Assembly (NCBI RefSeq): GCF_018350175.1
Contig: NC_058369.1
Location: forward strand, 22,074,001 to 22,138,000
DNA length: 64,000 nucleotides
Source of the DNA: Felis catus
Lineage: Eukaryota
Direction: 5' to 3'
A program made the position numbers and the translations under genes. The stretch's first letter is position 1, and every line of letters starts with the position of its first letter. Of this stretch, positions 52,068 through 64,000 are shown one piece after another. Under the pieces are notes generated by a model. That model was not told the origin of the DNA. It saw nothing but the letters and a program-made list of their open reading frames with translations, and made no database searches.

Positions 52068-52284
52068 TTTTTTTTTTTAATTTTTTAAATGTTTGTTTAT
52101 TTTTGAGAGAGACAGAGTGTGAGTAGGGGAAGGGCAGAGAGAGAGGGAGACACAGAATCCGAAGCAGGCTCCAGGCTCTGAGCTGTCAGCACAGAGCTGG
52201 ACATGCGGCTCAAACTCACAAACTGTGAGATCATGACCTGAGCCAAAGTTGGACTCTTAACCTACTGAGCCACCCAGGCACCCC
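52068..52284 (-). mobile_element. CanSINE (SINEC_Fc2-like), first of a stack of three
   Basis: Full element ending cacccaggcacccc. Confidence 0.95.
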
Positions 52285-52295
52285 TAAATTTTTTT

Positions 52296-52527
52296 ATTTT
52301 TATTTTTTAAAAAAAAAATTTTTTTTTTCAACGTTTATTTATTTTTGGGACAGAGAGAGAGCATGAACGGGGGAGGGGCAGAGAGAGAGGGAGACACAGA
52401 ATCGGAAACAGGCTCCAGGCTCTGAGCCATCAGCCCAGAGCCCGACGCGGGGCTCGAACTCACGGACCGCGAGATCGTGACCTGGCTGAAGTCGGACGCT
52501 TAACCGACTGCGCCACCCAGGCGCCCC
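52296..52527 (-). mobile_element. Young felid CanSINE (SINEC_Fc type), second of the stack
   Basis: Nearly all CpGs intact; perfect TSD acccctaaattttttt (52280-95 and 52528-43). Confidence 0.97.
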
Positions 52528-52543
52528 ACCCCTAAATTTTTTT

Positions 52544-52748
52544 AATTAAAAAAATTTTTTTTAATTTTAGAGAGAAAGAGGCACAAATAGGAGAGGGTCA
52601 GAGAGAAAGTGAGAGAGAGAGAGAGAGAGAGAGAGAATCTTAAGCAGGCTCCATGCTCAGTGCAGAGCCTGACGTGGGGCTTGATCCCAAGACCCTGGGA
52701 TCATGACCTGAGCTGAAATGAAAAGTCCAACACTCAACCAGGCACCCC
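52544..52748 (-). mobile_element. Older-type CanSINE, third of the stack
   Basis: gaatcttaagcaggctccatgctcagtgcagagcctgacgtggggcttgatccc...accctgggatcatgacctgagctgaaat. Confidence 0.93.
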
Positions 52749-55394
52749 ACTGGTGGTTTTTTAAAAGGAGATTGGGCTGCTTTTGCCCACCCAGGATCCC
52801 ATGCCAGCGAGAAGAATCCTGCCGGTGGCTGGGTGGCATGTGGCCCTGCCTGGCAAATGAGGGGAGACTGGGGTGCAGAAATCATTTTATCTTTCTGTTT
52901 AGCCTGAGGCTGTTAGCTTTTATGAAGCAGCCCTGCCCCCAGGATACCTCCTTTCATGTCTAGTTCTGGAGGGTTCCTGCTTGCCTCTTCCTCAGTCATC
53001 CCATTCCTCTGTGCTTCCCTCTGTCTGGGCCACAGACTCCATATCTTCTCTATGCAACATCTGATTGGGTCCCTTCCACTGAGTGTATATTCCCACCTTG
53101 CCCAGTTAGGAACCTGACCTTCCTGGTGGACTTCCTTTTCAAATTACCAGCTCAACCTTCTTTTCTCAAATGAACAATTCTTTTGTGATGTAAATAGTTA
53201 CCTCTCCTTCCCATGATTGCTGTTTTGCAAAAGTTTTTTTTATATTGCATTTGCTTACTGTGGAGGTGTATTTGTTTTATAGGAGTCCTTTTAAATGGCT
53301 GGGGATGAGAACGACACTGGCTTCTAACAAACTGGTCTAGTATGCTCTCCAGGCTGTGATGGTTCAGTTGGCATCATGGTAGAGTCTCTGTAATAAAGAA
53401 TCACATTAAAGCAAAGTTATATTTCCTACAATCAGTTCCATCAAGTAATGCACTAAGGATTTTTGGAAAGAGAAACCTAATTCTTTAAAAGGAGAGAGAG
53501 GAGGACAAGAGAAGAGGATATAAAAGAACCCTAAACAATTCAGTTATACTAATGACTCTTGTATTATTATAGCAATATTACTTACAAATAAAAGCCAAAG
53601 AGGAAAAACAAGCTGTGTTTGCTCGATGTACTCTCTGTTCCCTGCCTTGTTTTTCTGCTCTAAAGTATAGCACTGTGTTGACGTAGGGATGTAACTGCTA
53701 TGAATATTGATGGCAGCAAAAGCCTTTTTTCTCTGTCTGGCCTAGTAAATAAAGCAGAAGGGATAAAAAGGGAAGAGGAATTGTAAAACCAGCGTGCTGT
53801 TTTTAGCTTATCTTGTTCGCGTAGAATTCTAAGTCTTGAAAACATATTGACAATCTACATTTGGTGGTCAGGGTCTAATTTGAGTACAGTGAATTGGTAT
53901 TTTCAGGGATTTTTGCTTCTGGTTCAAGTAACAGAATTGCTTTCTCCTTTTAGCTCTCATAGCTGTCACTGCCCCCATTGAAGCCTTCTGGGATCTCTCC
54001 TCCCTAGCCAGGAGCAAAGTTGGTCCTGGTGTGAGGCTCACAGGGAATATGGAGAGTAAAGAAGGGAGTTGCTGGAAGTTTGGAGGCTCACGTGTGTCTG
54101 GAGGGCACGACTGTGTAGAAGGAGAAGGGTCCTGGTCAAGGAGGGTTCTGGCGGTCTGGTGAAGGGTATTGGGTACGTGGGATGAGCTAGGCTGAGGATG
54201 GGACCAGTTGAGAGTTCTGGGGGCAGCATGGGTATGGAGGTTGGGGTGAGTGAGGTTCTATACATTGAAAACACACTGACTCTGACTAACTCACATCACA
54301 AAAGAGTTTATTAGACCTCTCTGATGGTGTTCAAGGATAAAAGGGAGCTCTGGAGGACAGGTTAAGGACAACAGAGACCCGGGAGGGAAGAACTGATGAA
54401 CTGGCTTTTTGCAAGACCAGCGGGAAGTCAGGAATGAGGGTGAAGGCTGGAGTCCAGCAGTGGTTGGACGGTGGCTCTGGTGGTAAAGAGGGAGGATGTG
54501 GGGCGAAACGTGGGGAAGGTCAGGCCAGGTGACAGAGGGGTAGCACTTTGGTAGCAGGGCGGCTTAGCCCACCTAGTAGTGGTCACATACAGCAAAGCAA
54601 AGTCCTGGTGAAGGAGGAATGAACTAGTTAGTCCCTTGGCCTTGTCAGAGTGCTCAAGATGTACAAATGCTCCTTCAGTTACCTGTCTTGGGACATTCTC
54701 AGTGTTTATGTTTGAAACCTTCCCTTCCCCACCAGACTAAACCTTTAGGGGACCGTGGTGGAGCCATTTTTCTAATCCTGGCTCCTGGTATGGGGTCTGT
54801 TATGTAGAATAGGTGCTCACTGAGTGTTTCCTGAGCCAAATTTATTTGACCTCTTGCACTGGGCATCTTAATAAGTGAATTCCATGACTTCCATTTTCCT
54901 AAGGTATTGCTTACTTTCCTCAGGTCCCACAGGGTAGAATTAATATTTGTGGAGGACTTTATGGCCCACGTGGAAGAGTTTTAATTGCTGATGGTTTTTC
55001 ATTGAGTTATTAAGTAGCCTCTTGCCAGGGAATGCCTCTTATAAAATTAATTGCACACATCCCAGTGGGTTGGTATTTCTATTAAAGCTGAAGCTGCATA
55101 AAGAAAACCTTTATAAAAGAGGAAAGGAGTCAACATTTTTAGACCTGCTGATGGATGTGTTCTCTGGACTCACAGAGTTGCATGAATTGGAATGGGAAGG
55201 ATTCTAAGAGTCACCTAGCCTGAGGGCTGAATCTCAGAGATCTGGGCAGCCAGATGGGAATGGCTGCCGGGGCTGGTAGGAGGGAAGGACACAGAGGCTG
55301 AACCCAGGCTCCCTGGGACGGTGTATGGTGACCACTTGGCAGTGTCAGCTGGGAGAGGCCACATGCCAGTATGCAGGCAGGGGATTTGCCATCC

Positions 55395-55510
55395 TGAATA
55401 TGCTCCCCTTCTGTGCTGGTGAGGAAGCTTAGGTCCAGAGGAGAGGAGGCACTTGCCAAGGTCACCTTGCTGCTCTGAGACAAAGAGGACCCTGGATTAG
55501 AAATCAGGTG
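55395..55510 (-). mobile_element. MIR fragment
   Basis: gtgaggaagcttaggtccagaggagagg...cttgccaaggtcac. Confidence 0.6.
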
Positions 55511-55908
55511 TAAACCCAAGAGGAAGAGAGAGGGTCAAAGCAGATGCACCTTCCTTTCGTCCAAAGGACATTCTGTTCAAAGCCACTGTTGAGATCTTTG
55601 TTGTACCCTTGTGCTTTTCTGGGCCTAATTTGGCAATCTCAGGAGGAAAACATGCTGCATTTTGCAAATGTGTGCAAATAACAAACATGCCCGTTATGTC
55701 CTAGGCAGACTCATTGCACACGCATCAGGGCAGGTGGCAAAATGCAGTCATGCAGCCTGGAATGAAAAGTGTTTTACACTTAGCTGCTTATGAGAAATTC
55801 AGTGTTAGAATTAAAACGCTTTCCTGGCACAGGTGCTGTGTTAATGGTGCCATTTCTCATAATAAAACTTTGCTTGGAGAAAATGCTTATATCTCAGAGA
55901 TATTGAAT

Positions 55909-56113
<205 letters not shown>

Positions 56114-57902
56114 TAAGTCCCTTTTATTTTGGGGAAATGTTTGGAAGATGGGAGGCATGGAGCAATGAAAAACACAGTCTTTTGAGGGAACATGGTTGCT
56201 CCTCTCTGCCAGCAATTGTGGCCGGAACCTGCCGGGAGTGTTTTGGAGTGATGCTGGTGATGGGTGATGCTGCTATCTGCCTCTGGGAAGAGACCAGTTT
56301 GAATCCCCTCATTGTTTTTACTTCCCTTCCAGTAATGTATTAAAGAAGGAAGTTGAAGCTCTTGATTTAAGAGGGTTTCATTTTACAAGGCCTTGGGTCT
56401 TCACAAACAGGCCAGCCATGCTAGTGGTTAGACTCAAATGAGTGGAACTCTTATACTTAGCACTCTGTTAGTTTAAAAAAAACACAAAACACTAAAACAG
56501 TAATAAATCCTTCATAGAAGTGAGATACTCTGCTATTTAACATCCCTTGAGTAAAGCTATTAATTTTTTTTTTGCTGACTGGTGGGAAAAACTTTGGCAT
56601 GCTACCATCCATTTGAAATAACAAAACAAGTGTCTGAATAATATCAGGTATCTGGCATGAAATGAAATAAGCTGGAAAATGCAGAGAAAGTAGGCATTAT
56701 TCTGAAATCCTGTCACAGGAAGAGACACACCAACAGTTTTAGTTAAAGGAGGGTATTAAAAAACAGTGGCCTGTGTTGTGTTATTCTGATCCTTCCACAC
56801 CTGGAAATTTTGCCAGCAAGAGGAAAAACCGAATCTGTGTCAGAGGAGTGCTAGGCCTTTGGACCAAATACCCAGGTAGGAAAAGAAGATCTATCCCTTC
56901 ATAGAGTCTTCATTATCTAGCAGTAAAGTGGGTTGCTCCTAAAATTATATTTGGTCCTACAGAGAGATCGTTAAATGACCTCTCTGTTTTCATCTCCATA
57001 ACTTTGTTCAACTGCCTTTTGAAATTGAGCAAAGTAATTTTTCTTGTGGGTTGTTTTTTTAACTCATGAATACTTTGGCTTTCCATGGGAGACAGCTGGA
57101 TGTTAGGAGAGTGGGATAAATTTTAAGCCTGCTCTTTCAAACCTAGGAAGTTCAAATGGGATCCAAAATGGTGGCCCAGTGGGATAATTAGACTTAAGGG
57201 AAAAAAATTTCAGCTTTTGCAAAAACCACCACAGTACATGGTGCCTACAGTATTACCACAAAGGTAGTGCAGCTAAAGTGAACAAGTAGTAGGTATGTCC
57301 GTACCTTCCTGTATTTGGTGAACTCTAATAAGGAATGGCAAGCAGGAGCCTTGCAAGACTCTTGGTTCTGGAACAATCTCACTGTGCCTCTTCTGACCCA
57401 GGACTTTCTGTTCAGCTACAGGATGGAGATGCTTAGCTCCGTTTCTTTTATCCTTACCCTACAGTTACCTCAGCTTTCTACCTGGAGATATTTTTCAGAC
57501 TATAGAAGAGCACAAAGACATGGAACTGAACAGAGGATGGTGGTCTCATTGCATTGAGGAGACAGAGACAAGAATCCAGTAAGGCCAGTGGGGCTGAAAT
57601 TTGACAGGTGTAGCATGGGAGGAGAAGGGAAAGGGCTTTTCAGGGAAAGAGCTCCATAAATATGCTTTGGAGTCCTCTTGAGCTTTGCCTGAAGTGTAAT
57701 CTACACTTACAGGGAGTGAGAATCCATGAGGCCAGTCAAATAATGCTGTTAGGGAGAAAAAGAAAAGCTGGAGACTATAAGCTGAATAATAACTAGAGCT
57801 CACACAGGTCTGGGAGATGTTCAAGTTATGACCAGCAAGAATGGAAGGACCTCAATAGACACCCTGGACTGTCATTAGAGAGCCCAGAATGGCCATTAGT
57901 AG

Positions 57903-58083
57903 CAGGGGTTGGGAAAATATGGCCAACAGGACAAATTCAGCCTGCCACAAATTTTTGTAAATAAAGTTTTATTGTAACATAGTCACACGTGTTTGTTTAC
58001 ACAGTTGAATTGAGTAGTTTAGGTCCACAAAGCCTGAACTACTTACTCTCTGGCCCCTTACAGAACAGTTTTGCCAACCCCTG
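57903..58083. mobile_element. MER58A-like hAT-Charlie MITE nested in L1
   Basis: Terminal inverted repeats caggggttgggaaaa / ttttgccaacccctg; internal tttttgtaaataaagttttattg. Confidence 0.9.
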
Positions 58084-59409
58084 CTATAGAGTAATGGTCA
58101 CCTGAATTCCTTTCTAATAATGGTTGAGAAGAAGCCTGAAAAGGAGCCAACTGAGGTGCAAAACAAACTGCCTGCAAAAACAAAACTCAAAACTCTTTAA
58201 AAGAAGATGACAAAATATAGATACTTAGCTATTGTCCAGCATTCAGTCAAATATTATAGCCGTATTAAGACATATGACCCATAAGGAGGAAATTTCATCT
58301 GTAGAAACAGACCTAGAAATGACAAAGATGGTGGAATTAATAGAGAATTGCTTACAAGACTTTAAAAATAGCTATTATGAATATGTATATGGACCTAAAG
58401 GAATACATGGCCACAATGTGAAATGATGGGACAATATTAGAAAGAACTACATGGGACTTTGAGAGCTGAAAATTTCCCCTGGATTGGCTTAATAGCAAAT
58501 TAGATACAATAGAAGAAAAACATCAAGGAGCTTGAAGACCTAGCAATAACACAAAGAATGTTGACAGAGAAAAACTGAACATGCCCTGGATGACCTGTGG
58601 GGCAATATCAGGTGGTCTAACATATGTATATTTGGGGTCTCAAAGGAGAGGAGATAGAGGAGAGACAGAAAAAATTTTTAAATGACTCCAAATTTTCTAA
58701 ATGTGATGAAAAACATAAACTCACAAATTCAAGAAGCTCAACAAAGCTCGAGCAAAGTAAACATGAAGAAAGCTACATCAAAGTATGTCATAATCATAAT
58801 GAAATTGCTCAAAACCAAGGATAAAGGGAAAATCTGAAAAAGTAATCAGAGAAAAAGACATCCCTAGACTTCTCATCAGCACCATACGAGCTGGAAGACA
58901 ATAGAGAGAGATCTTTAAAGTGCTAGGGAAAATGTCAACCTAGAATTCTTATTCAGTAAAGATATCTTTCCAAATTGAAGTAAAAACAGACTTTTTCAGG
59001 CAAACCAAAGCTGAGAATTCACCACCAATAAACCCTCATCTCAACAATTACTAAAGGAATTTCTTCACACTGAAGGAAAATGAAACCAGGTAGAAATTAT
59101 GGATCTATTAAAAAGAAATGAAGAATGCCAGAAAGGGTAAATTCATGGGTAAATAAAAAAAATTTTTTTTCTCATTTTAAAATCTCTTTAAAAGTACTTG
59201 ATTATTTACGGCACAAGTAGTAACAATGTATTGAGGAGTTTGCAGCTTCTATGAAAGTAAAATATGTAACAACAATAGCACAAAGGACAGAAAGAAGGAA
59301 AAAGCCATGTACGTTTGAAAAGAGCTTATACAGTTGGTGGTAAATATGATAAAATATTATCTGAACGTAGACTGTATTAAGTTCAAGATGTATATTGTAA
59401 ACCCTAGAG

Positions 59410-59657
59410 CACAGGCTGGCAAAATTTAGCCTGTAAGCCAAATATGGTTTATTGCCTTTTTTATTTTTCACATTGACAAAGTATTTTCCTGTGTGCTTTG
59501 GAAGATTGTTTTATTGGAAGACAGTCAGACTCACTCATATCTATTTGGCTATTTGGTGTTAGGATGGCAAAGTTGAATAGTTGTGACAGGGACCCTGTGG
59601 CCTGAAAATTCTAAAATAGTTGCTATCTGACACTCTACAGATTTTTGATGACACTTG
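59410..59657. mobile_element. MER58A-like hAT-Charlie MITE nested in L1
   Basis: 8-bp TSD ccctagag (59402-09) vs ccctagtg (59658-65); internal ggcaaagttgaatagttgtgacagggacc. Confidence 0.85.
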
Positions 59658-60099
59658 CCCTAGTGCAGCCACTAGAAAAATAAAAATATATAGTTAATAA
59701 GCCTGTGTTGGATATTAAATGGAATTTTTAAAAGTTCAATTAATTCAAAAAAGTCAGGTATGAATTAAAGAACAATGGGCAGGGCAAACAGAAAACAAAC
59801 AGCAAGATAGTAGATTTAAATCCAGCTAAATCCTTATAAGAGTCCAGAGTTTATCAGATTTTATATGTAAAAAACCAGACCCAACTCTATAGTGTCTACA
59901 AGAACCCTAACTTATAAAGACACAAATAATTTGAAATTCAAAGGCCAGAAAAATATATGCCATGTGAAAATTAATCAGAATAAAGGTAGAGTGGCAATAT
60001 TAGTCCAACAAAGTAGACTTGAGAACAAGGAATATTATCCAGGAAAAAGACATTTCATAGTGATGGAAGAATTCTTTCATGAAGATGTAATAACCCTAA

Positions 60100-60140
60100 G
60101 TGTGTGTGGTGTGTGTTTGTGTGTGTGTGTGTGTGTGTGT
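60100..60140. repeat. (TG)n microsatellite within L1
   Basis: Read directly from the sequence. Confidence 0.9.
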
Positions 60141-61893
60141 ATACGCCTAATAACAAGGCTTCAAAATACACTAAACAAAAACTGAAAAGAACTTAAGGTG
60201 GAATGGACAAATCTGTACATTTTAATACTTCTCTCTTGAAGGGTGTTGATAGAACATCTAGACAGAAAATCACTAGGTATATAGGGATATATGAACAGTA
60301 GCATCAACAAACTTGACTTAATTGGCATTTTTAGAACATACTACTCAAGACCAGAATGCACATTCTTTTCACATGCATATACATGGAACATTGACCAAGA
60401 AATATTATGGGCCATAAAATAAGTCTTAATGAATTTAAGAACAGCAAAATCATACAAAATTATGTGCTCTAAATGAATTTAGCAGTGTTTCTGGGTAGAA
60501 GGTTAGTATTTAAAAAGTATTTAAAAACCTATATGCTAGTCATGAACCAATAGAAAATGAAATTTTAAAGACATTATTTACTATAGCATCAAAAAGCATG
60601 AAATATTTAGGGGAAAATAGCACATTGCAAATGACTAAACTTTGCTGAGAGAAATGAAAGAATACCTAAATAAATGGAATGTTGTACGGTGTTCATGGAT
60701 TGGAAGACTCAATTATTGTTAGGATATCAGTTCTTCTCAAACTTTGTTATAGACTGAATCTAAATCCCAGCAAGATTTCTGTAGATTGACAGATTTATTC
60801 TAAAACTGATACAGTAATTAGAGAGGCCCTAAACTAGACAAAGAAATGTTTAAGAACTAAGCTGGAACCTGATCTTTAGGCTTGCTATAAAACTCCGGTA
60901 GCCAAGACTGATGTTGGCATAAGAAGTAGATATAAAGATCAATGGAATAGACTAGGGAATCTAGAAATAGACCCATATGTATGTGAGCAATTGATTTTAG
61001 ACAAAGCTGCCTTGATAATTCAAAGAGTTGAATTATAAATTGTAGTTAGTTTTCAACAAATGGCAATGGAACAACTATTTATCTACATGAAAAAAAGAAG
61101 AATATTTATTCCTACCTAATAACTTACACAAATATTACCTTAAAATGGATCATAAGCCTATATGTGAAAGTTAAAAATATAGAATGTAAAAATATAAAAT
61201 ATAAAATGTAAAAATATAGATTTTTATGACTTAGGGCGGGCAAATTTCTTAGGAACCAAAAAGTACTAGCCAAAAAAGAAATAATTAAAATTTTGGAGCC
61301 TATCAAAATTTATAATTTTTCTTGAAAAGATTGTGTGAGGAAAATTAAAAATTAAGCACAGACTGGGAAAAAATATTCACAATACAGATATATGACAAAG
61401 GACTTGCATTCAGAATATATAAAGATCTCTTATAACCCATTAGTAGGAAGACAACCCAGTATATAAATGGGCAAAAGATTTGAATAGATCTCCACAAAAG
61501 AAGATGTGTAAATGGTCAACAAGCACCTGGAAAGATGTTCTACATCATTAGAATTAGAGAAGTACAAATTAAAACCACAATGACGCACTACGTACCTACC
61601 AGCATTACTAAATATAAAAAGACTGACAATACCAAATGTTAGCCAAGATATGGAGCAACTGGAACTCTCATACACTACTTGTAGAAATGGAAAATGGCGC
61701 AGTCACTTTGGAAAATTTTGCCAGTTTCCTCTAATGTTAATCATACACTAACCACACAACCATATTACCAGTATTACTCTTAGGTACTTACCCAAATAAA
61801 TGAAAACACATGTTCCCAAAGACTTTATTCATAATGGAGAAAAACTGGAAACGACAAATATCTCTTAACAGGTGAATGGATACATTCATTGTA

Positions 61894-61966
61894 GTACATT
61901 TATGTACTACATATGTACCCCATTATGTACATTTATGTACTACATTATGTACATTTATGTACTACA
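61894..61966. repeat. Short minisatellite (gtacatttatgtactaca core x3) within the L1 3' region
   Basis: Three copies of gtacatttatgtactaca with short spacers. Confidence 0.88.
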
Positions 61967-62974
61967 ATGGAATATCACTGAACAATGAAAAGAAATGAAC
62001 TGTGGATAAATGTAACAACTTGGATAAATCTCAAAAATATGGTGAGCAAAAGAAGTTAAAAGAAGAACATATACTATATGATTTGTAAAAGGTTCTAGAA
62101 AAGGGAAAAGACAACCCAAAGTGATAAGCAGCCAATCAGTGGATCAAGTTTGAGCTGAGAGGGAGGTGATTGCACAGAGGCATCAAAGAACTGTTGGGGA
62201 TGGTAGAATTGTCCTGTATCTTGACTGTGGTGTTTGTACTTGGACCTCTGTGTTTGTCAAGAATCCTCTCACTGTATACTTTAAACAAGTGCATTTTATA
62301 TATAAATTGATCTGCAATAAAATTAAAAAGTAAAAACTCATCTGGGAAATTAAAGTAGGAATGGACTCATTGGTCTTTCTTAATAAATGGAAAGAACTTT
62401 AGAACATCAGATTATTTTTCATCTAAAATATGCACTAAATTGTAGTCAAAGAGCAGAAGAAAAGTTAAAAAAAGAAAACTTACTATGTCTTCATGTGCAT
62501 CAAATTTCTACTCCCTAAAGTTTCCAACTACAGGATGTATCTCAATCCAGTGGATTTTCCATTCCAAGCCAACTGTGACCTATTGCTTTTGTCAAGATTC
62601 CCACTAACAGAGACATTAAGAAAGTAATTGATACTTCTAAAATGTTAACTGGAATGATGTGACCACAAGAGTACTCAATGGGTCTACCAGAGCTGATAGT
62701 GTTCCCTGTATAGAAAAGTTTATTCCACCCACCTAAAGCTTCAGTCAACATATATTTCAAGCATTCAGGCTCATCACTTAAGCTTTGTGAAGAAGGATGT
62801 GGGGACTCATTCTGTTGCTGCTAGGTATCTCCTTCCCTTTTTCTCCTGTGTTGGGATAAACTTAATAACAGTCTAGGATCAAATACTTTGTCTTCATGTC
62901 CTGAGCTCTCTAGGCATGCGGTACTTTTTTTGTTGGGGGTGGAGGGCATAAGTGGTAAAGGGAGTAGAATCACA

Positions 62975-63130
62975 GAGTATTAGAATGGGAAAGGCAGGGC
63001 TCTAGTTCATTTAATTCCAGTTTTTTCATTTTACAGAGGGGGAAACTGAGGCCCAGAGAAGGAGAGGAGCTTTCCTAGTGCCTGCTAACTCTTAGGAATG
63101 GAAGCCAGCCCCAACCCCTTATACTCTTGG
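62975..63130 (-). mobile_element. MIR SINE
   Basis: cattttacagagggggaaactgaggcccagagaagg is the MIR core. Confidence 0.85.
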
Positions 63131-64000
63131 CTGTCAGGAAAAGGCAGCCAGCTTCCCTCTCTGACTCAGGTTCCTCTGTAATGGGAGAGAGACACCATTC
63201 ACCTGTTATGAAGGGCATTGCTGAAGAACGAGGGGTAAAAGGACCATGATGTATGTCCTGTAAAACACTGATATTTGAAAGTGATCTTCAGTCACCACCT
63301 GCATAAATTACTTTCCTAACCCTTTGGGATGAAAATTCTGCGGCTGACACATTTCAGAAGAGTTTGAGGTTTTCTTTCTTCTGTTTTGTTTTTGCAAAGC
63401 TATGAACTTGTTTTGGAGGGGAGACTTTTAACTTGAGCCTTGCTGCAGGGGTTTAGAGTAATAAAAAACAACCCTATACTAATGAGAGAAACCAGTTATA
63501 AGTTTGGTCTATTTCCCTAGTCATAACTAGGGAGAGCCCATTTGAAGGTTTGAAAAGGTAGAGACTTGATTTATTCCCCCCTCGCGCCACCTCCCTCTCC
63601 TCCTGCCTGGGTCACTGCTAATTGCCATAGTGTTGTTAAAACAAATGGCTGGTCTTTAAATGCCCCAGAGCGATATGACTGTGCCCAATCAGGACTGTAA
63701 TCAGACCACCCTGTATTTTATGGACTTAGTGTCTTGGCAATCCAGAGGCATGCCAGTGAGGGCAGAGTTTCTACTTTGGCTGCTAATTAAACTTTAGAAA
63801 CCTTTTCTCTGTTGTTGGGCCAATCATCCCCACAATCTGATTGGCCAGAGTTGATTCTATTTGAAATGGGCAAATTTATATTTATTCTGAAAAACAAGCA
63901 ATAATTCCAAAGAATAAATGTTTATTTGAAAGAGCAAAAGTAACTGTCAAGTGAGCAGATTGTCTGAAAATAGCTTTATCCTAAAAACCTTTGGAGAGTA

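Larger units (their letters stand above)
57600..62335 (+). mobile_element. Large old L1 (L1M type): degenerate 5'UTR, ORF1, ORF2 pieces and 3'UTR
   Basis: ORF1-like tgtcaacctagaattct at about 58935; EN-like gacccaactctatagtgtctacaagaa at about 59880; ORF2 C-terminal gttcatggattggaagactcaat and ctagaaatagacccatat; 3'UTR ending caataaaattaaaaag. Many stops and frameshifts. Confidence 0.9.

Noticed and set aside
58232..61675. L1-derived ORFs as active ORF1p/ORF2p
   Set aside because: They are fragmented by stops, frameshifts, nested MITEs and a large deletion.

Overview
This is mammalian genomic DNA, not prokaryotic, and most likely from a cat-family animal, since the abundant tRNA-derived SINEs resemble the felid CanSINE (SINEC_Fc) families. 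The window lies inside the L-type calcium channel gene CACNA1D (Cav1.3) on the + strand. I found one coding exon, 55973-56112 (140 bp, [47 protein letters not shown], domain I S2-S3), with canonical AG/GT sites. It corresponds to exon 4 by my recollection of the human gene structure. Everything else is intron: about 56 kb upstream and 7.9 kb downstream. The intron holds about 19 CanSINEs (many with clear target-site duplications, several stacked or nested), old L1, L2 and MIR copies, MaLR LTRs, an ERV-L internal remnant, hAT-type MITEs and microsatellites. None of the ORFs in the supplied track looks like a real gene, and the real exon is not in that track in its true frame. I found no evidence of a previously undescribed biological system. 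The findings are modest: insertion history, a micro template-switch scar, inverted SINE pairs and splice-signal candidates. Repeat family names come from remembered consensus sequences, not a database search, and boundaries of old repeats are approximate.
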